DNA of 63,869 nucleotides, the filler included, from Aduncisulcus paluster (taxonomy: Eukaryota), in the NCBI GenBank assembly GCA_024181965.1. It is 4 parts of 4 records of this genome, joined end to end, with 100 filler letters (N's around TTAATTAATTAA, not from the genome) between each part and the next. Parts side by side here need not be neighbours in the genome. Positions count along the whole stretch, not along the records: positions 1 to 21,474 come from BQXS01009982.1; 3 more parts are not named here. One strand, given 5' to 3'. Below the pieces are notes generated by a model that was given only the letters and a program-made list of their open reading frames with translations, was not told the DNA's origin and did no database searches. A program made the translations under genes and the position numbers. Numbering within the stretch: the stretch's first letter is position 1; every line of letters begins with the position of its first letter. Positions 1 to 12,059 of the stretch are shown piece after piece.

Positions 1-876
1 TGTAACGATGAACTGTGGAAATACATCTATAGAACGGTTTGCAAACACTCTGATTCACACCCTGCTACTGCTGAACTCATCCACATATACGGGGCTTCTG
101 AAGGCACATTCTTGGCTCACCAACGTGATATCTGTGGCATTAAGCCTGGGGGTGGTTATATTCCCCAAGCTGCTCAATTCCCCGCCCTATTGGATGATAC
201 AGGGAAAGAGTTAGAGGGCCCGAATGTGGAAGGTGTTCTCGTATTCAAGCGTCCTTGGTGTGGCGTTGTTGCCGGTTTTTGGGGAGATGAAGAAGCTCAA
301 GAAGCTTACTGGAAAACCTACTGGGAGCACGAACCTTACTCTGGTTATTTCTACTCTGGAGATGTTGCAAGGCGTGACGAGGATGGCCTGTACACAGTGA
401 TTGGTCGTGTCGATGATGTTATTAAGACAGGGTATGCCCATCGTATTGGGACAGGTGAGGTTGAGAGTTGTATCTCCATGCACCCTGCTGTTGCTGAAGT
501 AGCTGCTGTCGGCTGTCCACACCCTATCATGGGAAGAGGTCTGTATCTCTTTGTCCGTCTGTTCCCTCAAGTGAGTGCCAAAGTCACCCCTGCTATGCTG
601 GAGAAGTTCAAGAAGGACTTTTATGGGATGCTTGTGAAGAAGATTGGAGAGCTTGCCAAGCCTTCCCTCATCCAATGGGTTGATGCCCTTCCAAAGACTC
701 TTAGTGGGAAGATGATGAGGAGAATGCTCAGGGGTATCGCTGATGGTAAGCCCAAGGAACAATGGGGAGACATGAGTGGACTGGCCAACCCTGAAGTGCT
801 CGATGTTATCAACAAGGGAAGATTGGAGGTTACGATCGAAGAGGATTGTGAAGAAGATGAGGAAGAAGAAGAATAA
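1..876 (+). CDS. AMP-forming acetyl/acyl-CoA synthetase (ANL family), 5'-truncated by the window edge
   Basis: Frame 1 is open from base 1. Motifs YSGDVARRDEDG, IGRVDDVIK, HPAVAEVAAVG and LPKTLSGKMMRR; acidic tail. Confidence 0.9.
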   Translation, partial: CNDELWKYIYRTVCKHSDSHPATAELIHIYGASEGTFLAHQRDICGIKPGGGYIPQAAQFPALLDDTGKELEGPNVEGVLVFKRPWCGVVAGFWGDEEAQEAYWKTYWEHEPYSGYFYSGDVARRDEDGLYTVIGRVDDVIKTGYAHRIGTGEVESCISMHPAVAEVAAVGCPHPIMGRGLYLFVRLFPQVSAKVTPAMLEKFKKDFYGMLVKKIGELAKPSLIQWVDALPKTLSGKMMRRMLRGIADGKPKEQWGDMSGLANPEVLDVINKGRLEVTIEEDCEEDEEEEE

Positions 877-1847
877 TTCTTATCCTGGACTCTTTGTTGT
901 TATTTCTTAATAATTCTAGCTCAATTGTTATCGTTTATTATTATTATTATTATTATTATTTTATTATTGTTATAATTTTAGTTATTTCTCAAATGTAACT
1001 AAAATTAAGTTGATCAAATTCTCACTAATTTCATTTTTAAAGTTTCTATTTCATTCTAAATATTTGACAATGTCTTGTTTTTAATTTTGAACAAAAATCT
1101 TGTCTTGAACATCCATGTGACCTCATACATTGGTGTGATCTATATTTAGATTTGTTTTCACATTTTATTCTATTTTTAGTTCCCTTGGTTTGTTAGTTAT
1201 AATCTTATATTCCCTCGATTTCACTATTTTAATTTCAAATGGTGATATTTCAATCACCTCAACCCGTTTTTGATTTTTTTTGATTTTTTTTTCTATTGAT
1301 TCTTTTTGCTTGATGGGAAACCTTTTTTTCTCACCAGAACTATTTTAAGGTTATTCTAACATTCTATCCTTTTATGTGTTTTGAAAACATTCTTTTTTTG
1401 CTCCCCATTTTTGGCCGAGTACTGGTCGACTTCCTACATAATTCTCTTGATAGTTATCTATCTTAGGAATACGATCACAAATAAATCACAATATGATTCA
1501 CATTGCTTTAAAATTTAAATGGTGAATACCTGGTAGATTCTACCATATGACGATAACATCTCCGATAGTATCTAAAAGAGGTGAAATGAGGCTCTCATGG
1601 AGTCTATGATAGACCTTAAGGTCACCTTCGATCGCATAATGGAATGGATTTCTTGTTCATTACATACATGACTGTCATACATGACGAGAGGAATCGGCCA
1701 CGGCGATACATTATTGTATAATGATTATAATACCCAGAGAATGCGAGAAAGTAAGAGATTATGCATTGTGTTGTAGCATTTGAATATGTAAGATAGAAGA
1801 TAGAGACTCAATACTCTATGATGCCAATGATTCATCGACAATGATAA

Positions 1848-4800
1848 CTATTTTGGGTCAGCATGATGTTTAAAGCTCCTATCGCCCCAACTCTGTTCAT
1901 CACTATCCTCGTTTTCATGACCTAGAAGAGATCGAGTTCTTCTCTTGAGATTACTTCTCTCCTCCTCTCCTGTCGAAAAATATGACGAAGGATAGGAATA
2001 TCCACTTGGAGAAGGACTTCCATGCACTCCTATCTTACTTTCTGATTCAAGGATTACCTTGGGACGCTCAAGCAACTGAGATGAGGCTCGCCTATGAGAT
2101 TTAAGAACATCTGCGATCGACGGCGAAGAGTAATCATATGGGTTATACTCAGAATCAACTCTAGACCGTGGACTTGAAGCATTTTGTCTCGGACTGGGCA
2201 TTCCAAATTCGTTAATAGACAGTTCACTATCCTCCTCATCCATGGATACCATTGGATTCGGATGATGAAGAGCATGTGAAGGAGATCCCATCGTTGATGT
2301 CATATACCTTGATGTTCTTGAACCGAATCTTGACTTCATACTTGGCAGAGCAGGCTCATCAAAGGTTGTCACACCGATTTGCTGGTGTTGGGGTGCAATA
2401 TACGTATGCTCTTCAGATGAAGAGGAATAATCATCAAAAGCTTGAGAACCATGCGTAAATTGGATTGGAGATGCAATGGAGCCTTGTTCGTATGGCCCAA
2501 TCTCAGATTGAACAGCTTTTCGGAGAATTATTTGGGGAATTGAATTTGGATGCTCTTTCCTTCTCTTCATGATGATCGAAGAGAGAAGACAAAGCATACT
2601 CCCAAAAGAACCTTCTTCGAAATGTTGCTTAAAGAATACACGGTGTAGATTATCAAGGTATGTCATGACGATAGGAGAAGAGGAAACAGACAAAGAGGAT
2701 GATGATGGAAATGTTGATGATGTTGAAGGAAATTTTGTTGAGGAAGACGGAAGAATATTAACATTCGATGGAGACTCAGATGAAAATGAAGAGAGAATCG
2801 TTGATCCATGGGCAAATGGATTTGAGGCAGGTGTTTTGGGGGGAAACAAAGAAGATAGTTCAAGACTTGAGAATTGAGGAACTTCCATGTTCCCCAATAC
2901 TCTAATATATCCACTTTTCCTCTCCTTTTCCAGCATTCTCATTCTCTCTCTCCATGCTTCACGCCCGATTTCGATCAATTCATGTACCAATTGCATAGAT
3001 TCTTTGGCCGATGGCTGTGTTATCTCGAATGAAGGAAATGAAAGAAGGAGAGACAGAGAAGGATATGTAGAGTAGAGAGAAGAATCGGTGCCAAGAGAAG
3101 ATAGAGATGAAACAAGACTTGGAGGATCATCGAGTTGATTATGTTTTTTTGATGAAGAAGATTTGGCTCGTTTAGGATTGTGATCAATAGTGGTATCAAA
3201 ATCACCCGTCGATAACCCATCAAACCATTTCAAATGGCGAATTGGAGGCCGCTTTACATATACAGAGGGCTTGATACTGGTTTCTTTTTCCTTGAATGAA
3301 ATATTTGATTTCACACCATATTTGGAGCCATCGCTGGGTTTTAATGAAGGCTGCGTTTGATTGTTTTGAGAAGATTTCCTCATAGTTTTGTTTGGATAAT
3401 AATTATTTATAATTTTCTGGATTTGTTCATCTGCTTTCAATTGTGACAATTTCCCAATCTTTTGTAAGGAAATAAACATTTCAGAATCAAATTTAACTTT
3501 ATACGTGAGATATGCAAGTAAAGTTTGTTCCCTTTTCTTTACAATAGATTCCCAATGCCTTGAATCACTGAATATAATCCTACTTGATTTTACGACCTTT
3601 GATTGCTTTTGCTTCTTTATCATATCTTCTTGATCTCTGATTTTGATGATATGACTCTGGTTCTGTCTCCATGCTTGTTCCAAATCATAATACTCAACGA
3701 TATCCCTAATTAGCATATGCTCTTGCCTAGATCGAGGGATATCAGGGACCATTATATCAATCCGCTTATGAGATACTATTCCGTGAGCAGAATGAGAATG
3801 AGAAGAATGAGAATGGCTATCGAAATGTTGATGTGGTAAATATCGATCCCCTTCAGCTCTAGCTTCAACTCTTTCTCCAGCAGTAGCAGTATCTTTGGGG
3901 GTTGGATTGGGATGAGGGGTTTGAATAAGCCTTGAACTGTTCCATTGAATCGAAGGAACAATCCAAATTGGACCGATTTGTTTAAGACAATATTCCAAAC
4001 CAACATATCCCTCGGATTCTCGGGATCTTTGATCATCTCCGACAATGACATCAAGGCCTTCTGAATCTTCACTTTCGTTGCTGTGAGGTGATGGTATAGA
4101 AGAAATATCAGTTCTGCCATGTGAATCTGAGAAATGAGAACGACGAGAAGAAGAGGAATAGAAAGGGATTTCATTCTTCATGTTCGCAATTGTAAGCATA
4201 TTAAGAATGTATTTAAATAATTTATCAGCAATAAATTCATGCAAATATGTTATAGGTTTATCAGGCAGGGAGGTGATTGTGAACTTTCTTGGCATGAAAG
4301 GTTGAGAGTCGAGGAGTTGAATTGAAGATGATTGAGGGAGAGAAAGGGGTTCATATGCCTCGAAAAACATTTTAATGTTCAAATAAGATGTCGTGCTATG
4401 TGTACATGCAGTTATAGATGGCATTGAAGGATCGGAAGGATCGGGCAGAGATGATAATAGAGGTGGGGGAATTGGAATAGAACTCTCAACATTGTTATTA
4501 GAGGATAAAGAATCTCTTAATAGGTGAGCTTTCTTGATTGAGGTAGACCCAAGATAGTATTCCATGTCATCTAAAAATGACCTTTCCCCCAACATATCAG
4601 GACGACATACTTTGGATTCAGCAAATTCAAGGCATTCATGAATGGATAGACGACGTTTTACACTCGATATATGTCGAAAATGATCCATATATTGAATGAA
4701 TAAAGCCCAAGCTTTTGAATATTCACCAGATGAAAGATTAGAAAGCTTTTCTGGAAACATATCTATTTTAATATTATGATCACTCGAGAGTCTCTGAATA

Positions 4801-5466
4801 TGAATATAAATAAGAATATATGAAAATATATAGCCGATATAATCATGTAACTTCAGTGTTGCCGGACACGGAGATAATATCATGCCAGATTGTGAGATAT
4901 GGGAAAAGGANNNNNNNNNNNNNNNNNNNNTCTAAAAATGACCTTTCCCCCAACATATCAGGACGACATACTTTGGATTCAGCAAATTCAAGGCATTCAT
5001 GAATGGATAGACGACGTTTTACACTCGATATATGTCGAAAATGATCCATATATTGAATGAATAAAGCCCAAGCTTTTGAATATTCACCAGATGAAAGATT
5101 AGAAAGCTTTTCTGGAAACATATCTATTTTAATATTATGATCACTCGAGAGTCTCTGAATATGAATATAAATAAGAATATATGAAAATATATAGCCGATA
5201 TAATCATGTAACTTCAGTGTTGCCGGACACGGAGATAATATCATGCCAGATTGTGAGATATGGGAAAAGGATATTTCATCTGCTTTTCCAAAAATTAAAA
5301 GTTGCTTAATCACAGTTTCAAAGTGTTTTCTAAGAATTAAATTCGCTGTGTCGGGTGATACTTGAATCTTTTCCAATATAGTCGACTTACTATTTTTAAT
5401 CATTTTAGAAACATAAAACTCCATTAACAGGAGCTTCATGTTTCTAAATGGTTGTTTTTTATGCAT
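1848..5466 (-). CDS. Large Ser-rich hypothetical protein (~1080-1120 aa after removing the assembly duplication)
   Basis: ORFs 1848-4883 and 4843-5562 share an identical segment duplicated around the N gap (offset 361) and merge in frame. No domain recognised; start uncertain. Confidence 0.65.
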
Positions 5467-5804
5467 AAATTTCAAAAAAAGTGGAGGATAGAAATGTTTT
5501 TTTTCATATATCGAAACTGAACCACTTATTTCAAACAAAGTAATATTTTTATTAATGATCACGTGGATAAATATATTTTTCCAATATAAAAATAGTGGTC
5601 ATATTGCACTATTATGAGCAAACGAAAAACTATTTTTTGGAGCAGATTTCTCGGCACCTCACTGAATAAGAGAATTTATTTGTTTTTGTTTTATTAAGTA
5701 TGATTTCAAATTTGCTGGAATTTAATAGGGTTCTATGATAATGAGCCTCATCTGAGATGACTATGATTTTGCTTCATTGAGGGCATAAGACAGATATCAT
5801 TTTT

Positions 5805-6222
5805 ATGGAATGTATGTATCATATGACTCATAATTGTTTTTTTCTAGTCAAAGGTATCTATTTCTTCTAATTGATTCATAGTGGAGGTATATCGATGCAA
5901 AGAATGCAGACATGTGTTATTCACTGAAAAACATATTGAAGATCATATAAAAGCAACTCATTCATTTAAAGGAGAGGAAAAAGGTAAAAGTATTCAATGT
6001 AATTCTCATTTTTTATCCACAGAAGTTCCTTGGCTAGATTCCTATAAAATTACGACTTCAGCGGAAAAAGGAAAGATATATTGTCCATTTTGCAAGTGTA
6101 AAATTGGTAATTTTTGTTGGCATGGTTCAAGGTGTTCATGTGGTTCCTATGTCGCACCAGCTTTTCAGATCCAGAAAAGCAAAGTTGATTCTCAAATTGT
6201 TATTGTGACCCCTAAGGAATAG
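5805..6222 (+). CDS. Stand-alone Yvh1/DUSP12-type C-terminal zinc-binding domain protein; 3 exons (5805-5811, 5848-5853, 5882-6222)
   Basis: YRCKECRHVLF...H...C.SHFL...GKIYCPFCKCKIGNFCWHGSRCSCGSYVAPAFQIQKSKVD. Two GT-AG introns join an ATG in frame, giving MEFKVEVYRC. Confidence 0.88.
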
Positions 6223-6456
6223 ATATTAAAGTATAGTGCTTAGATTCGAATAAATCTGGTCTCAGACCAAAAAAAAAAGCCTTCTTCGAATTAAGAATTT
6301 ATAAGGGTTTTATCCGAGAATAAAAATTTATTTTATGATATATTAAATTAGAATAATAATCTCATGCTTCGATTCTTCAATATGAGAACTAATTTTGCTC
6401 AAGAATAGATGTCAACTATTTTCCATTCAATAATCGTTTTTTGCTCAACATATACC

Positions 6457-7947
6457 ATGCCTGTATTGAAAACCAAAGCTTGTCAAGAGATCATTAAACA
6501 ATTACCCGGTTGTCCAAACGTTTGGCAAATATTCTTAGCCATTCTCGAGGTTCCCAATCCTTCCCACTATTCTGAACTTATTGTGAAATTTATGGTTGAA
6601 GTTGGGAAAGAATATGGATTTGAAACTGTTGTTGATGAGACAAACAATGTTATTCTCCGTGTTCCTGCCACAGAAGGATGTGAATCATGGCCCATTGTAT
6701 GTCTTCAAGGTCACACCGATATGGTTCCCGTGAAGGCCGATGAGATTGACCATGATTTCAAGACTATGCCTATTGTTCCCCGTATCGATGGAGAATGGCT
6801 CAAGGCCACTCAGACCACTCTTGGTGCTGACAATGGAATTGGTATCGCTATGGCTGTTGCCGCTGCTATTGAGCCTGGAGCAAAGCACGGTCCCCTTGAG
6901 ATCTTGTGCACTTCCGACGAGGAGGTTGGTTTGATCGGTGCCTCTGCTATTAAGCCTGGATTCGTGAAGTCCCAATACATCATCAATCTCGATTCTGAAG
7001 ATGCTTACGCTCTTTGCTTCGGATGTGCTGGAGGTTACGCTAACCACTGGACCGGCAAGATGACCCGTGAGGCTTACGAGGGCACCGCTCTCACTCTCAC
7101 TGTCAACAAACTTACTGGTGGTCACAGTGGATGCGATATCCATCTTAGCCGTGGAAACGCCCTCAAATGGCAAGGAAGAATGTTGACTGGTCTCAGATCT
7201 GCTGGCATTGACTTCCGTGTCGTCTCCATTGATGGTGGTCAAGCTCACAATGCCATCCCTGGATCCTGTGTCGTCCAATTGGTCACCCCCGAGGCCGAGA
7301 AGCTTACTGAGCTCGTTACCAAGCTTGGAGGTGAACTCAAGAAGATGTTCAAGAAGACTGATCCCAATGCCATTGTTTCTGTAACTCCCGCTGAGGCCAA
7401 GTTCACACCCATGAACAAGGCTTGCACTGACAGTCTCATTGACTTCCTCCTTCTCGCACTTGCTGGTCCCCAACGTATGTCCCCCGTTGTTGAAGGCCTT
7501 GTTGAGACCTCTTATACGACTGCTGTCATCAAGACCACAGAAGAGGAGATCGATGTCCTCGGATCTGGTCGTTCTTCCATCGAGAGTGCCAAGTTCGGTC
7601 TCTTTGAGCGTTGTTGCGCCATCGGTCGTGGTGTTGGCTGGGAAACCTCTGAGATGCTCCAAGCTTACCCTGGTTGGGCTCCTGACCTTGACTCCAAGTT
7701 GCTTAAGACCATGAAGGTCAAGCACCTCGAGGTGTTGGGTAAAGAGGCCCATTGCTACTCCATTCACGCTGGTTTGGAAGCTGGTCTTCTTGTTGATGCT
7801 GGTATCAAGGCTGGAAGGACTATGGATGCCATCTCAATGGGTCCCACCATCAAGAACCCTCACAGTCCCGATGAAGCTCTCCTCATTGACACTGTCCCTG
7901 AGATGTACAAGCTTCTTCTCGCTACTTTGGCCGATTTCTCCATGTGA
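6457..7947 (+). CDS. pepD: Aminoacyl-histidine dipeptidase (PepD, peptidase M20C)
   Basis: LQGHTDMV, TTLGADNGIG, TSDEEVGLIGA, INLDSED, GGHSGCDIH, IHAGLE and GPTIKNPHSPDE motifs. Start may be 6409 or 6457. Confidence 0.93.
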   Translation: MPVLKTKACQEIIKQLPGCPNVWQIFLAILEVPNPSHYSELIVKFMVEVGKEYGFETVVDETNNVILRVPATEGCESWPIVCLQGHTDMVPVKADEIDHDFKTMPIVPRIDGEWLKATQTTLGADNGIGIAMAVAAAIEPGAKHGPLEILCTSDEEVGLIGASAIKPGFVKSQYIINLDSEDAYALCFGCAGGYANHWTGKMTREAYEGTALTLTVNKLTGGHSGCDIHLSRGNALKWQGRMLTGLRSAGIDFRVVSIDGGQAHNAIPGSCVVQLVTPEAEKLTELVTKLGGELKKMFKKTDPNAIVSVTPAEAKFTPMNKACTDSLIDFLLLALAGPQRMSPVVEGLVETSYTTAVIKTTEEEIDVLGSGRSSIESAKFGLFERCCAIGRGVGWETSEMLQAYPGWAPDLDSKLLKTMKVKHLEVLGKEAHCYSIHAGLEAGLLVDAGIKAGRTMDAISMGPTIKNPHSPDEALLIDTVPEMYKLLLATLADFSM

Positions 7948-8024
7948 GTTATCAAGTAAAATGGATTGGTTCAGAAATAAATATTGGAATCTATGTAGCG
8001 AAGATTGTTAATATTACATCTATT

Positions 8025-8597
8025 TTATTCTAAACCATCAACCAAATCACTCATTGAAGCTGATTTCTCTTTGTGAGCCTCATGAACAATGTAACTGAAT
8101 GGAATATCTGTATCTGTTCCACGAATACCATTAGATTCACAAAAATATAATCCATATTGGGCAGCCTTGTCTTTTCCTAATGACACATTCACCGCTGGCG
8201 TGCCTTCTCCGCTGTGAAGAGCAACGAGAGCACCACTGATCTGCTGCAAACCAACCATAGTCTGCCTCGAAAACATTGAAATCCAAGAATCAACAGCTTG
8301 AAAAGATGCTGAATTGGTGCAATCATAACATACAATTAAATATTCACATTCTGTTATACTCTTCTCTGTTATGGGTTTTAGGGCGGAATGGCCAGGACAA
8401 TCATGAATAAACATTTCTACGATTGAAGGCGCATCAGGGACACGAACTCTTTTTGATTCAACAATACATTTAGTGGTCATTTCATAATCTTCCTTCGAAA
8501 AAAGATGGGAACTTGTTCCAAGATAGCTCTCAAGAAAGAGAGATTTTCCGATGCACGGATCTCCAATTAATGCTACATTAATTCTTATTATTGACAT
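8025..8597 (-). CDS. IFT27: Intraflagellar transport protein 27 (Rab-like 4 small GTPase)
   Basis: P-loop GDPCIGKS. 'F.K.DYEMTT...KRVRVPDAPSIVEMFIHDCPG' matches the IFT27 pattern; no C-terminal prenylation cysteines. Confidence 0.78.
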   Translation of the reverse strand: MSIIRINVALIGDPCIGKSLFLESYLGTSSHLFSKEDYEMTTKCIVESKRVRVPDAPSIVEMFIHDCPGHSALKPITEKSITECEYLIVCYDCTNSASFQAVDSWISMFSRQTMVGLQQISGALVALHSGEGTPAVNVSLGKDKAAQYGLYFCESNGIRGTDTDIPFSYIVHEAHKEKSASMSDLVDGLE

Positions 8598-8882
8598 GAG
8601 TTTGGCTCAAAACAAAGAAAATAAAGTATCATTTCATGTATTCAATATTTATCTTTAAAATCTCAATATTATGTATTATCTTGTATTATTATGGAACAAA
8701 TTTCGAATAGTTTGTTTTATTTCCACTTCAATGGTTCATAAACAATTCGAGCTAAGTTTTGCCGCAGCTGTTCCATTTTATGTCTCAATTTTGTTTAAAT
8801 TTTTCAGTGTTTTGAATATTCTTTTATTTTATTCCATATTACTCTTTATATTTCAATGAAATAATCCGGTGGAAACAGCAAG

Positions 8883-9656
8883 TTAGACAAGTGTTATAGT
8901 TTCACCATCAGCTGGTACGAAAACAAATTCATCGATTTTGTTATCAATTGCGTATTTTTTCAGTTCATCACGTGTTACGAGGGTATGATTCACAGCTTCA
9001 AGATGTGTTGCCACGATTTTGGCTTCAGGCAGAGTGATGTGAGTTTTGATGATGTCTTCTTTTCCCATAATTATGGGACCGAATCCAAGAAAATGTGCCC
9101 ATCCACAATTCAAGACAACGACATCTGGTTTTTCTTTCTTCATAATTTCTTCAACGGCCGGAATCCAAATTGTATCTGAAGCGAAATAAATCTTTGGCTC
9201 CCCTGGATGTTCGAATATGATTCCATGAACTTCTCCAAGTAGATCTCCGAATTTTGAATAGAGAATATCATATCCATGTTGACATTTAGTTGGGGTGATT
9301 TTAATTCCCTCATACTCTCCAATTTCAGTGAAAATCTTAAGATTTGTAAAATCTTGTGACCGTAAAACTTCCTCATCGGCCTTGTTTTGAACGAAAATCA
9401 GAGTTTCTTTTGGGATTTTTTCAACCGCAGCAGAATCCCAATGATCAGGATGAGTGTGTGTGATGAATATGGCATCCACATCAAGAATTATCTCCATAGA
9501 TAAAGGCAATGACACAGTGGGAATTCTGATTTCAGAATGTACCGTTCCCTGAAATCCTTCGTATGCATCTTTGTCAGCAAGCATCGGATCGATTAATATC
9601 TTCTTTCCAGCATATTCAAGAATCTGGGTTGCGTTACGAATTTGAGTAATCTTCAT
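8883..9656 (-). CDS. Bacterial-type metallo-beta-lactamase-fold hydrolase
   Basis: QIRNAT...ILIDPML, THTHPDHWD, YFASDT and ATHLEAVNH motifs; intronless. Confidence 0.9.
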   Translation of the reverse strand: MKITQIRNATQILEYAGKKILIDPMLADKDAYEGFQGTVHSEIRIPTVSLPLSMEIILDVDAIFITHTHPDHWDSAAVEKIPKETLIFVQNKADEEVLRSQDFTNLKIFTEIGEYEGIKITPTKCQHGYDILYSKFGDLLGEVHGIIFEHPGEPKIYFASDTIWIPAVEEIMKKEKPDVVVLNCGWAHFLGFGPIIMGKEDIIKTHITLPEAKIVATHLEAVNHTLVTRDELKKYAIDNKIDEFVFVPADGETITLV

Positions 9657-10558
9657 TGAATTTCTTTTTTTTCTTTTGATTCAGGACGTTTTGGGGTCAA
9701 AAATGCATTTTGGATTCGGAATTCGATGACATTGATCATGAAGTGCATTTTAGCCAAGAGAAATCCGAAGAATTATCAAAGATAAAAATAAAATCAATTT
9801 TTTTACACCTTTATTGCATTATTTTTCAACATAATTGGGTAAATATTATTCATCATGGGTGATCCAAAGTATCACCATTACATCACTTTTCTCCACATAT
9901 ACCTTCTCTCTTGTGATGTACTACACTCTAATAGAGTCTTTTGCGAGAGGAAGTGAACTCTTTCTATCTAAAGAACATAGTTAAAAGAAAATATTCTATA
10001 CTATGATACTGTGAAATAAAAGCTTTTAGTTAGATAATTTTGCATCGGATTTCTTATTATCTGCGTTTCTTTGCTAATGTTCTTCTATTCTTCGCTCATG
10101 GGCACGGTTTCAGTTCAAGAGAAACATCAGTTGGGTTCAGAGGATTCATTGCAACAAGTACCCTTGGAATTGCTGATAACTTGACCTTTGGTTCATGTTT
10201 AATAACACCAGCTTTGGTCATTAGATGATACTTCGAGCATGATGAGTTATCGCTTCTTCTCCCAAGATATCAACTTGATATTCTTGAAGAATACAACTGG
10301 CGTTATGGTACAGCTAAACTCATTTATATATATGCTATATGGCAATGAATATAGCAATGATACAATGATTAACTAATTTCAATGTTTACACATATGATTG
10401 TTTCATGGATGAAACAAAAAGACGTATGGAATGTCATGTGGTCTTCATTCTACCTATTTCTAAAAAATAGGAATCAGAAAGGGATATATTATATCCGATA
10501 TAACAAAACAATCGAATAATATACAATACGATATTAATAATATTCTGTATAGATTAAG

Positions 10559-11692
10559 TCAACCAAGCAGTGGCTCGTCTTCTTCTTGTTTCCTTTCTCC
10601 CTCTTCCTGCTCAGGAGTCGCACTCTGCTCCATGTCTTCCTTGTCTTTATCTTCATTTTGAGGAGTTATGGAGACCAAAACAAACCCAAGAAGCACTAAA
10701 GCGGCCCCAGAGAAATAAATCCAGGTTCTGTCATCATTAGATGGAATGAGCATTGAGAGTGGGATGGTAAGAGAAACTCCAACAGCAGCAACCAAGGGCG
10801 ATGCAAGAACAACAGATAATCCCCAGAACAAATCACTCACAACAGTGCCAAGAAGAGCATTAATTATGAGACTAATCCATGCATTTCCACTTGGCCATGA
10901 AAAAGGTTGGAGTCCAGTCCAGTCAAGGATTAGAATACCGGGCCATAACAAAAGCAGAATCCACGCACCAGAAGCAGCCAGAATGAAATGCATTGGCGGC
11001 TCTTTTTTCCCTTTCAATCCAAAACGGAGAGTAATCGTATACATACCAAAAAGAACAGCAGCAAGCAATGCAAAAATAACCCCATAAACATAGTTTTTTT
11101 GATCACTTGAACCTGTTTGAATTACTAATATTTGGCCAATTACTGCAAAACATACGCCGAGAACAGACGTAAGAGAGAATGGAGTCTTAAGGAAAATTCT
11201 GGCAAAAATCAGAGTCCATAGACTTGAACTTGAACTCAAAATGGTATTTGTCGCGATAGACGTTGATGAAAGAGAGCAACAATACAAGAAATTTGCGGTG
11301 AAAATCAACATCGAAAAGGCTAGAGTAAACAATAGGAATTCCCGTTTGGTGAACTTTTCTGTCCTCTCACATGATTTGATATCATTTTGAGAATCATTAG
11401 ATAATTCTTCAGGGTTCAAAGCACACATATAAGGCGGAGACTGAGAAATTTGAGACTGTTGTGAGCGGACGGTTGGAGATGAAGACTTCGAAAAGAAAGA
11501 CAGATAAAAATCGGCTCGAAAAAGAACTGGAATGAAATACACAATATAAAGAGACATTTCAAAATATGTAAGGAAGAAAGGCTGAACGTTATCATTTTGT
11601 TGAAGATCCTGGATGAGAAGAGCTGCAAATACCCATAGGAAAGCGGTTAGAACAACACAAATAACTCCTAAGGCATACTTATTAATATTCAT
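10559..11692 (-). CDS. EamA/DMT-superfamily transporter (SLC35F5/Thi74-like)
   Basis: About 10 TM helices; QPFFLTY, TSIATNTILSSSSSLWTL and GTVVSDLFW...SPLVAAVGVSLTIPLSM. Confidence 0.85.
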   Translation of the reverse strand: MNINKYALGVICVVLTAFLWVFAALLIQDLQQNDNVQPFFLTYFEMSLYIVYFIPVLFRADFYLSFFSKSSSPTVRSQQSQISQSPPYMCALNPEELSNDSQNDIKSCERTEKFTKREFLLFTLAFSMLIFTANFLYCCSLSSTSIATNTILSSSSSLWTLIFARIFLKTPFSLTSVLGVCFAVIGQILVIQTGSSDQKNYVYGVIFALLAAVLFGMYTITLRFGLKGKKEPPMHFILAASGAWILLLLWPGILILDWTGLQPFSWPSGNAWISLIINALLGTVVSDLFWGLSVVLASPLVAAVGVSLTIPLSMLIPSNDDRTWIYFSGAALVLLGFVLVSITPQNEDKDKEDMEQSATPEQEEGERKQEEDEPLLG

Positions 11693-12059
11693 CTCAGGAT
11701 TTATATTTGGTGTTCGGGAGAAATCAATGATTGTTCAACTGGCTGCCTGAATTGCTGGTGTTATGATCTATTTGGTGACATTTTTTTCAATATTCTTGAC
11801 ATTAATATAAATGAATGTTTTTTTAAGAGTTTACAGTAACGGCATGATAGTAACAAATAAATATTTTATTGAATGGATAATGGAGATATGATTTTAATGA
11901 CGTTATTAACTAAATAATACTCAAACACATCAAATTAGATTGGAGATTAGAAAGAGAAGGTTCAGAAATAATGATAGACTCCAGAAAGAAGACTCTTCTT
12001 TGTTATTTTTCGGAAAAATAACAAATCAAGGCTATACACCTTGAATATTCGATAAAGAG

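Noticed and set aside
4570-5270. Direct repeats flanking 20-N gaps (also ~14274-14965, 15602-16197, 45482-46277, 46838-47533 and 55764-56249)
   Set aside because: Identical overlaps on either side of fixed-length gaps. Removing one copy restores the reading frame, so these are scaffolding artefacts.
6685-7767. Long antisense ORFs opposite PepD (also 20209-21141 opposite RPS4 and 59017-59631 opposite GDH)
   Set aside because: Expected shadow ORFs of highly expressed genes with strong C/T-ending codon bias; no protein motifs.
10050-10300. Coding-like minus-strand fragments (also ~17200-17450)
   Set aside because: Short and stop-interrupted with no identifiable homology; possibly decayed genes or TEs, but unsupported.
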